From the IMG/VR virus record IMGVR_UViG_3300017749_000012, positions 1 to 53,887 of that record: a stretch of 53,887 nt of DNA. One strand, given 5' to 3'. The notes beneath the pieces are model-generated. The model was given only the letters and a program-made list of their open reading frames with translations, was not told the origin of the DNA and did not search any database. Below, in pieces: positions 7,518-16,975 of the stretch (within the stretch, counting starts at the first letter, position 1; each line of letters opens with the position of its first letter). Origin of the DNA: a virus (Duplodnaviria; Caudoviricetes). The translations under genes were made by a program, and so were the position numbers.

Positions 7518-8204
7518 ATGGGGGGAGCGGAGCGTGTCACCAAGCGTTCTTGCCCGTTCTGCCAACATCCCTCTCGTGATGAACTTGAACAGGGTATGTT
7601 GCTGGGGGAAATCTCAGCGCGGCAACTCGATGAGGACATGGGTTGGCGCTTCAACACAAGTGACCGCCACTTCCGAAATCACATGGGTCAGTTCCACATG
7701 GCTTCCAACCCGCAATGCAAGGTGTGTTCGCATCCACAGCGTGCTGATTTCGAGCAGCGTTACTTTGCCGACGGCGCTGAGTCTGATGCGATTGCTGAAG
7801 AACTGGGCATCCGTGAGGAAAGCGTCTACCATCACATGAAACATCACTTCCAACCCATGGTTCAGCGTGCTGCTGTGGCTGAAGTGGCCATGGTTGTGGG
7901 TCGAGAAGTTGACACGCTTCGCTCGAATGTCGAGCACCTTAACAGCAAACTGTCAGAATTGCTCAGCGAAGGTAGCGTGCATGAAGACGGTTTTGTCCGA
8001 GACGCTGTGTCACTGCACAAAGAAGTCAGAGAGTCCATCAAAGACCTCGTCAAAATGCAGGAGAACTGGGGCCCGACTACCGAGAACAACGAGATTCACA
8101 ACACCATTAACATCCTCAAAGTTGAATTGGGTAAGGAAAGTCCCGACTCATGGGCACGCATCCGTGAGAAACTTTTGGGCCACGTTGAGGAGGAGATTGT
8201 ATGA
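7518..8204 (+). CDS. Duplicated Zn-finger/HTH protein with C-terminal coiled coil; candidate terminase small subunit
   Basis: Two units, CPFCQHPSR..RHFRNH and CKVCSHPQR..HHMKHH, followed by helical oligomerisation-like segments; likely ATG at 7518 within ORF 7335..8204. Confidence 0.55.
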   Translation: MGGAERVTKRSCPFCQHPSRDELEQGMLLGEISARQLDEDMGWRFNTSDRHFRNHMGQFHMASNPQCKVCSHPQRADFEQRYFADGAESDAIAEELGIREESVYHHMKHHFQPMVQRAAVAEVAMVVGREVDTLRSNVEHLNSKLSELLSEGSVHEDGFVRDAVSLHKEVRESIKDLVKMQENWGPTTENNEIHNTINILKVELGKESPDSWARIREKLLGHVEEEIV

Positions 8205-8605
8205 TGGAGGTGCCTGTTCCTGACCTTTTGCAGGTCAGTCACCCCGGCTACCGCCTCGTCGTTGCTCGTCCGAATTTGCGTGAAGGAGACGTCATGAACA
8301 TCGTCGAATACGCTGAGCGAATGGCTGAGCGTTTCGAGCATTATGGGCAAGTGTGCATCACGGCGCCCTTCCTTTTTGAGATGCTCAAAAATTCGTTTCG
8401 CACGCTTCTTCATGATGATGACCCCGGTGTCGTGCTCCCCGTTCGAGAACTTGCTTCTCGTTTGCTTGAAGAGCATGAAGCGATGACGCACAGCATGATT
8501 CGGGCGTTTCCAATCAACCCAATCGTGAAGAGCGTCTACACAGATTTGAGTGAACTGCTCTATGATGCCTTTCACATGTTGACTGGAGGTGAGTGGCTTG
8601 AGTGA
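8201..8605 (+). CDS. Hypothetical protein (134 aa)
   Basis: ATGA overlap with the upstream stop; GGAGGAG SD. Confidence 0.65.
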   Translation: MMEVPVPDLLQVSHPGYRLVVARPNLREGDVMNIVEYAERMAERFEHYGQVCITAPFLFEMLKNSFRTLLHDDDPGVVLPVRELASRLLEEHEAMTHSMIRAFPINPIVKSVYTDLSELLYDAFHMLTGGEWLE

Positions 8606-10316
8606 AGGGATGATGGGTCGTGGCTCAGACACCCGCATCTACGCCCCTCGCTCTGAGTCTTCGCACATGTTCCGTGCGAACCACGAGGATGAACGCACAC
8701 CCACCGGGATGGATGATGCTCGCGACAAGGATGCTCGTATGGACAAGCGTCAGAAAAAGAAGGAGGCGGAAGATAAGGAGGACCGCAAGATTCGCCACAT
8801 CAAAGTGCGTCGCCATCACATGGGTCTTGACAAACCAGAAGAAGAACGTGAGGAGGATGAGCCTTCGTTCAAGCCTCGCACCTCACCCAGCGAACCCACT
8901 CAGCCCGCTGGTGCTGGTGGATTCCTGACCAGTCTCGCCATGCAGGCGAGAGGCCCCGGTGCTGCTGGAGGCGAGATGATTCAGATGAGTGAGGCGATGG
9001 AGCACGCTTGGTCAACTTTACTGAAAATGTCTGAGGCTGAGGCTCTTGATTACCACAGCCCTGAAAATGAAGTCGAGCGAAAATTAGCGAGAAAAGAAGC
9101 CTATGAAGGTCGTCGTATGCGATTGCGGGACGGGTTATCTCGGAAAATAAGGGGAGATGCCGTGGCAGCAGGCGACCGAAACGTCATGGCTGGTATTGAC
9201 TCACGTCTACGCTTCGCTCACAGCACTCACCCTGAGATGATTCAGCAAAGGGGCATGCTCCCTGAAGAAAAAATGCCCCCTCTACCCCTTCGCGCTGAAG
9301 AGAGAAACGAAATTGCTGACCTGCGAGATGTCGCTCGTAGAGCCGGTATGAGTCCTGAGGCGCTCTACCACAGGCGAGCCTATTCTAACACCATGCTCCC
9401 TCCCGGTCCATTCGGTGAACCTGAACAGGGGCCAGTCGACATTCAAGATTCACCCATACCGGGAATGGCTTTTGTCAACGGCCAGTTGATGAGCGACCCC
9501 CGTATCAAGAACGCCAGCGCTCCGATGGACCACGCTTGGTCTGAGATTCTCAAGTCCAAGCGAAAGGGCGAGAAGCGTCAGAAAAAGGAGCGACGTGCCA
9601 AGTGGCGCCCGTCCACTGGTAAGTTCAAGCGACCTCGCGGTGGTTACACTGGACGTTCTGGAACCTCGGCGCGTGCGAAACTCCTGTCCCGTAACCTACC
9701 GATGGGACGCAAGACAGGTCTGATGCGACCTCACCTGTCAGTGGAAATGAGTCACCGTGGTATTGCGAGCAAACAACCCATGTCCAAGGACCCTCAAGCC
9801 TACGGTCAGTGGCGCGGTTACCAAGAGCAGCAAAATATTCGTGGTCAAATCGCCCCGCAAAGCGGAGCCTCTCTACCCTTCGGGCAAGTCAGTATGCCTC
9901 GTGTTCCGCGACCTCGCTTGCACCCAGTGCGTGCTCCTCCGATTCAACCACCTCGCTTGCGTCGACCACGTCTGAGTCGACCAAAAATGCCCGGTATGGT
10001 CACCATGAGCGAGGACCCTGTTCCTGACGGTGGTCTCATCAAGGCTGGTCAGAACCACTACCTCCTCGCTGAGGCTCGCACCGCACTTCGTGAAATGCGG
10101 CAACTCATGCGCCGAATGAAGGACAAGGACAGCAAAAAGAAGAACATGGGTGCACCTGATACGGCTGGTGCAGCCTCGACGCTGCCTAAATATCCCGGCA
10201 ACAATCCGAAGCAGACGACCCGTCCTGAGGGCGCTACTGAAGATGAAACTGATGCCCGGACTTTTGGCCTTGACCCAATCGGTTATCTGACTGGTCGGGG
10301 AGGCAACCGAGCATGA
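8598..10316 (+). CDS. Basic, disordered protein with two AW tags (AMEHAWSTLLK, PMDHAWSEILK); putative internal/DNA-condensing head protein
   Basis: GGAGGTGA SD then TTG at 8598 (or ATG at 8610); R/K/P-rich blocks such as KRKGEKRQKKERRAK and PRLRRPRLSRPK. Confidence 0.75.
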   Translation: MSEGMMGRGSDTRIYAPRSESSHMFRANHEDERTPTGMDDARDKDARMDKRQKKKEAEDKEDRKIRHIKVRRHHMGLDKPEEEREEDEPSFKPRTSPSEPTQPAGAGGFLTSLAMQARGPGAAGGEMIQMSEAMEHAWSTLLKMSEAEALDYHSPENEVERKLARKEAYEGRRMRLRDGLSRKIRGDAVAAGDRNVMAGIDSRLRFAHSTHPEMIQQRGMLPEEKMPPLPLRAEERNEIADLRDVARRAGMSPEALYHRRAYSNTMLPPGPFGEPEQGPVDIQDSPIPGMAFVNGQLMSDPRIKNASAPMDHAWSEILKSKRKGEKRQKKERRAKWRPSTGKFKRPRGGYTGRSGTSARAKLLSRNLPMGRKTGLMRPHLSVEMSHRGIASKQPMSKDPQAYGQWRGYQEQQNIRGQIAPQSGASLPFGQVSMPRVPRPRLHPVRAPPIQPPRLRRPRLSRPKMPGMVTMSEDPVPDGGLIKAGQNHYLLAEARTALREMRQLMRRMKDKDSKKKNMGAPDTAGAASTLPKYPGNNPKQTTRPEGATEDETDARTFGLDPIGYLTGRGGNRA

Positions 10317-12610
10317 GGTTCGTTCGCATCGTCAAGTCTGCGGACATCATTCTGAAAGGTCATGGGAACTATGCTTTCTATGGGGGTGTCCCCCATCTCT
10401 TGTCAAATCCACCGCCTGAAGCATTCAGTGGTGACCCGAACACGCCTGACGTTCCGTTGTTCGCGCACTACGGTTCGTATCGACCTCACTCTTCAGGTCA
10501 TCCCGGTATGGGTGAATTAATCCCCGGCTCTTTCCGTCGAGGTAAGCATGGAGAAATGGCCTACCACACTGATGGTTTCGACCACCATCACGGCCATGAC
10601 GCAGTGTGGCATCACCTCGGAGAAGCGCTTGCTGGGAAGGGGCTCGACCCAGCCGAGGCGAAGAATATCCTTCAACGAGCCATTGACGAATACAACGCTG
10701 CTCACAAAGATGAGAGCAGGCATCATCACCTTCCTGACGTTGATTCTATGGAGTGGCGCAAAATTAAGGCTACACCTTACAACGGGAACATGGAGCCTAC
10801 TCGTCGGCCAAACACGAGCGTTGACGGTCACTTTACGACAGCCTTTACCAATCGCCCAAACCGTCAAGAAAAAGTCGGACACTTCATCGAATCCTATTCT
10901 ATTCCCTATCACTCTCAACTTAAGCGCATCATTCAGGAGATGGGACTCGACACTATCGCCAATACTGAATGGGCTTCGAGAGGGCATCTCTCAATCGACG
11001 ATGCTCATCCCGCTGGTCGACGTCTTAAGGGACGCGGCGGTGACATCATTGGACCTCGTGGTGAACTACCGGATTCGCACATCACGAACGCCCCCGGCGG
11101 CGTCAATTTCGACCCCGCCTTCGACCAAATACAATCATGGTCGGTTATTCGACACGCTCCTGACCTCATGCACTACAAACTGGCCCGTCAGCAAACACCT
11201 GCGGCGGAAACCATGCGTAGCGCACGAGGGCACATCAAGCAAGCGCTTAAGCGGGCTGCTGAAAACCCTGAAATCGTCCCTGACGTGATGGTGCCCATCA
11301 ATACAGCGCAAACCTCAGGTGGCACCAACTACTCGATGCAGTCACTCAAAAGCGTGCTTCAAAGTGAAGAGATGACAAAAAATCTTCTCGGGGAGTTGGG
11401 TAGAACATCTGCGCTTACTGCTCTCTTTGGGCGTCTTAAGTCAGGTGGGCAAACTCGCCCTAACTCAGGGGCTCGAATTTTCAATCACTTGCTTGACGCG
11501 TTTGGTGGTGACCCTGATGAAGAAGGGAATCGAACGAAATATGACAACCTGATGCAACACGCGCTTCAAGGGCAACACGTCCCCCTTGAGCCTGAGTTTA
11601 TGTCAGGAAATAAACACCCGACGAAAAACGGGAGCACTCACAAAAATATGGCTCAAATGTATGTGAAGGCTATGCTTTCAGGGGCTCATGAAGATGGCAC
11701 GAGCAATCTTCGCCACTATAGTCCTGAGCCCGAGATTCTTCAGCAACTCGGCGTTAGCCACGAGGGCATCGAGCAAGAAAATGTCGATGCTCGACGTCAA
11801 GCCATTGAGGGTATTGCTACTATGATGGCTCGCGCATTCGGTCACGATGAGCATCGTGATGTGCCCGAGCAACTTCCCGAAGGCGGTCTTGCTGGACGCA
11901 CAGTGATGGGTTACCCTGACGAACTCATCGAAGCAATCCCCGGTCACGTCCCTTATTTCACTGACTTGGCTATGTCGACCACGGCTATGGCTTCAACGCC
12001 AACTCGTCCTGAACCCGCTCCTCGTCGCCCCGTTACTCAGAACGAACCTCTTCCTCCTGCTGGGACACCCCCCGTGGCAAGAGACCCAAGCAGGCAAGTG
12101 GCAGTTCGTGGCGCGAATGCTATGCCTCTCGGGCAACTGACACCTGAGCAGCAAGCCGCTCGAGCAGGTGTTGGTCAAGCCGACCCCGCAACGCTCCGCC
12201 AGTTTATGGGAATGACAGGGTTTGGGCCAACGGCAGGAACTGGTGCCCTGACTCCTCAGGAACAACAGTTCCAGCAATCATTCGGTGACCCTCGTCAACG
12301 TTTGCTTACTGAATACATGAAAAGCCAAGACAACGTGCTTCCCGAAACCGACCGATTGATGAAGGCGATGGAGAGCATGCAGCGCGACGCTGCTTTGCTT
12401 GAGACACGCGTTGTGAAAAATGCCCTACCTCGCCCAGTCAACATTGCAGATGAGCACGGGGTGCGCTATCTTGCCAAGCACATGGGCCTCACTCCAGTGG
12501 ATGTCCGCTCCATCGCTCATCAAATGGGTGACTGGGAACGTATTGCCAAGCGACTGAACGTCTCATCTGACGTAGTGAAGGTTGTCAAAATCAGTGTAGG
12601 GGGCATCTGA
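10313..12610 (+). CDS. Large His-rich hypothetical protein with C-terminal HTH-like region; putative internal virion protein
   Basis: 765 aa; N-terminal IVK|S and ILK|G; C-terminal LAKHMGLT..IAKRLNVSSDVV. Confidence 0.75.
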   Translation: MRFVRIVKSADIILKGHGNYAFYGGVPHLLSNPPPEAFSGDPNTPDVPLFAHYGSYRPHSSGHPGMGELIPGSFRRGKHGEMAYHTDGFDHHHGHDAVWHHLGEALAGKGLDPAEAKNILQRAIDEYNAAHKDESRHHHLPDVDSMEWRKIKATPYNGNMEPTRRPNTSVDGHFTTAFTNRPNRQEKVGHFIESYSIPYHSQLKRIIQEMGLDTIANTEWASRGHLSIDDAHPAGRRLKGRGGDIIGPRGELPDSHITNAPGGVNFDPAFDQIQSWSVIRHAPDLMHYKLARQQTPAAETMRSARGHIKQALKRAAENPEIVPDVMVPINTAQTSGGTNYSMQSLKSVLQSEEMTKNLLGELGRTSALTALFGRLKSGGQTRPNSGARIFNHLLDAFGGDPDEEGNRTKYDNLMQHALQGQHVPLEPEFMSGNKHPTKNGSTHKNMAQMYVKAMLSGAHEDGTSNLRHYSPEPEILQQLGVSHEGIEQENVDARRQAIEGIATMMARAFGHDEHRDVPEQLPEGGLAGRTVMGYPDELIEAIPGHVPYFTDLAMSTTAMASTPTRPEPAPRRPVTQNEPLPPAGTPPVARDPSRQVAVRGANAMPLGQLTPEQQAARAGVGQADPATLRQFMGMTGFGPTAGTGALTPQEQQFQQSFGDPRQRLLTEYMKSQDNVLPETDRLMKAMESMQRDAALLETRVVKNALPRPVNIADEHGVRYLAKHMGLTPVDVRSIAHQMGDWERIAKRLNVSSDVVKVVKISVGGI

Positions 12611-13866
12611 TGAGCAAGGTCCTCGTGCGAAAGGCCATCGAGCCTGTTGTCAACATCGGGAGCAGTGGTCCTGAGTTGGCTTTTCAACAAACGCTTGGAC
12701 GCAACTCTACAGACAAGAAATTGCCTGACAGGGGTCCGCTCGACCGCGAGACTCCGCTTGACGCATCGACTGCTCGTCATCAAGCCCGCGAGGCTGAGGC
12801 GGCGCTGGCTCAGGATTACAGCATGAGCCCACAGGAGTATTTCCTCGCAAATCAAAACAGGCCAGCGACTGAAGTTGACATGGACGAATACACTCGTGGA
12901 CGTCTTCAGGCCCAACGTAGGGCGAAAGAGGGGCAACCTCGCTCATACGCTGAACGCTATGGTGCTGATGCCTACGACCGCTTCACAAACAGTCAGAAAA
13001 CCTACAATCAACCGATTTCACATGAAGTCAGGGAGCGAGCGAACTTACGAGGCGCAAGAGCAGCAGATGTTGGTGTTCGCGGACGTCAGTTTGGGCGTGG
13101 GGTCGCTGGAGCGCTTGCTGGTCTTTCCTTCCTCGGTGGTCTTGAATCAGCAGGAGCGGCTGGCGCCGGTCTTGAGCAAGGCATTGGTGGTGGTGCGTTA
13201 CGAGCGCAAGCCACCTACGGACAAGCCGCACCTATGCTGACAAACATAGGTGGAGAGGCAGGCGCTCGTCTTGGCGCAGGGAGCGTCGGTGTAAGAGAGA
13301 GAGTGGATGAAGCGCGTGCAGCACAAGCAGCGCGAGCCGCCGCTCGACAACCTGTCGCCGTAGCAGCGCCCACCGTTGAGCCGCCTACTCAGCAAAGGTC
13401 ACAAATGACGTCTCCCTATTCCGACTATAGCGTTGAGCAGTTGGAGTCGATTCTCTCACACAACATGCCGGGAGCGTTACCTACCCATGAGGCAGCGTTA
13501 GTGGGGGCTCGTCGCCGAGCATCTCCTACGACAGCAAACCGACCCTTCGACATGCGAGGTGGTGCCTACAACGCCGATGTGTTCGAGCCTGTGCCTCAAT
13601 TTAACCCAGCATCACAAGCGCCCGGTGCCCCGGCAGGTCAAACTAACCTCACCTCTCTCATTGGTATTCAGCCCGCTCAGCCTAACGTGGCTGAGCCTAT
13701 GACCGCCGCTCCGATACCCACGACGGCAACAGGTATGGCGGCGGCTTTCCAACCACAGCAACAGGGAAGTGAGCCTGCTCCTCCTGCGGGTGGAGTCAAG
13801 GCTACTCAAGAACAAGCAAAGAGACTACAAGAGGGCTTTATGGGGGGAATGAACGGTGGGGAGTGA
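12610..13866 (+). CDS. Ala/Gly/Gln-rich protein; candidate DNA pilot or ejection protein
   Basis: N-terminal LVRK|A; Gly-zipper-like segment GRGVAGALAGLSFLGGLESAGAAGAGLEQGIGGGAL; disordered P/Q/A tail. Confidence 0.65.
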   Translation: MSKVLVRKAIEPVVNIGSSGPELAFQQTLGRNSTDKKLPDRGPLDRETPLDASTARHQAREAEAALAQDYSMSPQEYFLANQNRPATEVDMDEYTRGRLQAQRRAKEGQPRSYAERYGADAYDRFTNSQKTYNQPISHEVRERANLRGARAADVGVRGRQFGRGVAGALAGLSFLGGLESAGAAGAGLEQGIGGGALRAQATYGQAAPMLTNIGGEAGARLGAGSVGVRERVDEARAAQAARAAARQPVAVAAPTVEPPTQQRSQMTSPYSDYSVEQLESILSHNMPGALPTHEAALVGARRRASPTTANRPFDMRGGAYNADVFEPVPQFNPASQAPGAPAGQTNLTSLIGIQPAQPNVAEPMTAAPIPTTATGMAAAFQPQQQGSEPAPPAGGVKATQEQAKRLQEGFMGGMNGGE

Positions 13867-15343
13867 CAAGTCCGCTGAAATGCAGACACTTGTCCTTGAG
13901 ATGGACAAGAAGATGTCCACTCGCTCTTTCAAATACTTCTTTGAGACGGTGTTAGGGTTCGACTACGCCGACCATCACGGCATGTGGGATAAGGGGTTGA
14001 GCGACAACCGCTACTATTGCGTGAAAGCAAGTCGCGACCATGGCAAGTCCGTGTTCTTCATGTCTTACGCGCTGTGGATTGCGGCATTCAAACCCGGCAC
14101 GCACATCATGATTTTCTCTCACTCGTTGGAACAGACGCTCGAGCACATGCGTTTCATTCGACAGAACATTCAGAACTCGCCGTGCCTAAAGGAACTGATT
14201 CCTTCGGGCAAACCGTGGCGCAAGACCTACTTTGAGTTCACCAACGGTAGCCGTATCATGGCAAAGTCCGTCGGCGGGGGAACTCGTGGATTCCACCCTG
14301 ATGTTGTTCTCTGTGACGACATTTTGTGGGGCACTACTGGGTCTGAATTACAGCGTGCAGCAGACTGGTTCTACGGTGTTCTACTCCCTGTGCTCCACCA
14401 CACCGGTCGTCTGATGATGGTCGGCACACCTTTCAGTTACAACGACTTGTATGCTCAACTTGAGAAGACTGAGACCTTCCAAGTGGAAACTTACCCTGCC
14501 ATCAATCGTGAAGGTGAAGCGTTGTGGCCTGAGCGCTGGGACCTTGAGTCTCTCGACCAACGGCGTATGACGATGCCTGCCATTCAATTCACACGCGAAT
14601 ATCTGTGTGAACCGATTCACGACGTTGCCAGCATGTTCCCAATGGCACTCCTTGAGAAGGCACGCGACCATAATCTGAAACTCTTGGATGTAGCCGACAG
14701 TGAATACGATGAGAACGGTGACCGCGTCGGTGTTCTTGGTCATCACTTCGTGGGTTGGGACACGGCCATCGCATCGGACAAGAACGCTGACTACACGGCC
14801 ATGACTGTCTTGCGCACGTTGCCTGATGAGGACATCAAGCAAATCGTTGGTATTGTGCACGAGCAGGGTATGGGGTCTGCAGCGCAGAAGCGTGCCATCA
14901 TCATCCTCAACAACAAGTTTCAGCCTGACCTCATCGAACTTGAGGGTAACAACTTCCAGCGGATGTTTGCCATGGAACTGCAAGACATCCGTCAAGACAT
15001 TCCGATTCGCACCTTCATGACTACGCGCACCCGTAAGGAGAGCCTCTTCATGTCGCTGCTCATGGCGTTTGAGCAGGGCCAAATCAAAACGCCCTACGGC
15101 GATGACCGCTCCAAGCGTTTCACGCACAAACTCGAAGAGGAGTTGACTCGTTTTGGTATGCAAAAGAGCGGACGCCTCGAAAGCGTCGGTGTTCACGATG
15201 ACCTCGCCATGAGCCTCGCTCTTGCTAATTGGGCGACCAAGGAGTTCAGGGGCAGTGTCATTATGTTGGATGACTTCATGCCCGGATTCGACGAGTGGTT
15301 GACGGGCAAGCCCCGCAAGAAAGATGGATGGATGATACCATGA
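13856..15343 (+). CDS. terL: Terminase large subunit
   Basis: Walker A ASRDHGKS, Walker B VVLCDD, coupling motif VGTP, nuclease motifs VGWDTA..DYTA and HDDLAMSLALA. Confidence 0.95.
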   Translation: MGSDKSAEMQTLVLEMDKKMSTRSFKYFFETVLGFDYADHHGMWDKGLSDNRYYCVKASRDHGKSVFFMSYALWIAAFKPGTHIMIFSHSLEQTLEHMRFIRQNIQNSPCLKELIPSGKPWRKTYFEFTNGSRIMAKSVGGGTRGFHPDVVLCDDILWGTTGSELQRAADWFYGVLLPVLHHTGRLMMVGTPFSYNDLYAQLEKTETFQVETYPAINREGEALWPERWDLESLDQRRMTMPAIQFTREYLCEPIHDVASMFPMALLEKARDHNLKLLDVADSEYDENGDRVGVLGHHFVGWDTAIASDKNADYTAMTVLRTLPDEDIKQIVGIVHEQGMGSAAQKRAIIILNNKFQPDLIELEGNNFQRMFAMELQDIRQDIPIRTFMTTRTRKESLFMSLLMAFEQGQIKTPYGDDRSKRFTHKLEEELTRFGMQKSGRLESVGVHDDLAMSLALANWATKEFRGSVIMLDDFMPGFDEWLTGKPRKKDGWMIP

Positions 15344-16287
15344 AAGAAGAGAAAGTTGGAAAGAAGCCCAAAGGCGCAGTGCTCGTCATCTCAATCGGCA
15401 AGCCGTCAGACAAGAGTCCCATGCGTGCTGCTGACCCTGATACGAAAGAGAAGGCTGAGCGCAATCCTCCTGCCTTCTTATCCAAAGCCACTCCGGCTGA
15501 ACTCATGGGGGAAGCCGAGCGAATGCGCGGAGCCGGTGAGAAGGGTCATGCTCGACGCTTTGCTGATGTTGCTTCTCAAATGGAGAGGGGCCCTGCACTT
15601 AGGGAGTCAACCATCGAGCGACTTGGGACTGAAGCATCTCAATTGCTGGGTGATGATGAAGATGACCGTGAGGCTTTTGCTCGCTTCCTCTACGGTGAGG
15701 GTAAGCGAGGCGCAGATTACCAAGACATGCGTATCAATCCGAGTCTCTACGACCCCAGCGCTCGTCGACGTTTCATGAAGGTCATGTCTCAGATGGAGCG
15801 ACAAAAGGGACGCGCCGAAGCCATGGAGTCTGAAGGGCAGGAACAATTGCAGGCGCTTCGCGCCGAAGACCCAACACGGTTCTTTGCTGACCAAGACATG
15901 GTGCAACGGGCACTCGACAACCTCGAAGCACTTGATGCGTTGCAGAAGGGTGCAGCAGTCGATTTTTGCTCGTGTTGCACACCCAGTGAAATTGCTTGGG
16001 CCATCGCGAAAGCCAAGAAGAAGTCCAAGCCCTTTCACGGTTATAATCCGAATCGCCATCACAAGAAGGGTGGGTTGAACGCTAAGGGTCGTGCAAAAGC
16101 CAAGCGCGAGACTGGAGCGAACCTTAAGCCACCTGTTACTACCAAACCGAGCAAACTCAAACCCGGCTCCAAGAAAGCCAAGCGTCGCAAATCGTTCTGC
16201 GCTCGCATGGGTGGCATGAAGGGACCAACGTCCAAGAAGGGCAAACTCACACCGAAAGGTGCTGCACTGAGAAGGTGGAATTGTTGA
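15340..16287 (+). CDS. Protein with PSEIAWAIAK|A tag followed by a basic C-terminal domain (GGLNxKGR..RRKSFCARM..LRRWNC; DUF6321-like from recollection)
   Basis: ATGA overlap with the terL stop; recognisable marine-phage basic domain. Confidence 0.75.
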   Translation: MKEEKVGKKPKGAVLVISIGKPSDKSPMRAADPDTKEKAERNPPAFLSKATPAELMGEAERMRGAGEKGHARRFADVASQMERGPALRESTIERLGTEASQLLGDDEDDREAFARFLYGEGKRGADYQDMRINPSLYDPSARRRFMKVMSQMERQKGRAEAMESEGQEQLQALRAEDPTRFFADQDMVQRALDNLEALDALQKGAAVDFCSCCTPSEIAWAIAKAKKKSKPFHGYNPNRHHKKGGLNAKGRAKAKRETGANLKPPVTTKPSKLKPGSKKAKRRKSFCARMGGMKGPTSKKGKLTPKGAALRRWNC

Positions 16288-16457
16288 GCGACCCGTTTGA
16301 CATCTGTTTTGACGACCTACGCAAGAAGTTGTGCCCCGCAGGGAAAGCAGCAGCCAAGAGGAAGTTCAAGGTCTACCCCTCAGCCTATGCAAACGGCTGG
16401 GCTGTGCAATACTGCAAGGGGAAATTCCGTGGCAAGAAGGGTGGGAAAAAGAAATGA
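16284..16457 (+). CDS. Small basic protein (PFDICFDDLRK tag-like segment, then KxKFKVYPSAYA domain)
   Basis: AGGTGG SD; YPSAYA motif common in small viral basic proteins. Confidence 0.7.
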   Translation: MSDPFDICFDDLRKKLCPAGKAAAKRKFKVYPSAYANGWAVQYCKGKFRGKKGGKKK

Positions 16458-16639
16458 GCAAAAGCGAACTCAAGAGGAAGTCCTGCTGTTGCGGGGGGAC
16501 TGAATCGACACCGTGCGTCTGTATGCTTAAGGGCGTCATGCAATGCTCAATGAACGAGCCAAAATGTCCTTGCTATGCTTTGCTTGACAAGCAGAAGAAG
16601 AAGGCAAAGGAAGTGTCGAAGATGGTGGGCGTTTTCTGA
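16454..16639 (+). CDS. Small Cys-rich protein (8 Cys in 61 aa)
   Basis: ATGA overlap at 16454; SCCCGG..PCVCM..QC..KCPCY. Confidence 0.6.
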   Translation: MSKSELKRKSCCCGGTESTPCVCMLKGVMQCSMNEPKCPCYALLDKQKKKAKEVSKMVGVF

Positions 16640-16953
16640 TGAGCGACCGCTGCACCTGCTATGACGTGCTTATCGTCAAGGACTTGAACCGCTGGTTCAA
16701 GGAAAAGTGGGTGGACGTGAGTCGCAAGGATAAGGACGGGAAGCATCCGCCATGTGGTCGCTCTAAGGCTAAGAAAGGCAGCAAGGGTTACCCTAAGTGC
16801 CGTCCGTCCGTCAAGGTCAGCGGCAAGACGCCCAAAACTTCCGGCTCTATGAGTGAAGGTCAGAAGCGTGCAGCCACCAAGCGGAAGCGTGCAAAGAAGC
16901 AGGGCGTGGGCGGCAAGCCAACTATCGTCAAAGGCTGGGTCGGGGTTAAGTAG
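16639..16953 (+). CDS. Small basic protein (LNRWFKEKWVDV..CGR..YPKCRP..TPKT; DUF5872-like from recollection)
   Basis: TGATG overlap; motif seen in other marine viruses; preceded by LIVK|D. Confidence 0.75.
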   Translation: MSDRCTCYDVLIVKDLNRWFKEKWVDVSRKDKDGKHPPCGRSKAKKGSKGYPKCRPSVKVSGKTPKTSGSMSEGQKRAATKRKRAKKQGVGGKPTIVKGWVGVK

Positions 16954-16975
16954 AGGTAACTTGTGAGGTAAAATC

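Noticed and set aside
14381-15196. 271-aa minus-strand ORF (and similar ones at 699..1490, 4685..5383, 18382..19053, 19114..19782, 29035..29625)
   Set aside because: Each lies antisense to a well-supported + strand gene and has no recognisable motif or RBS.
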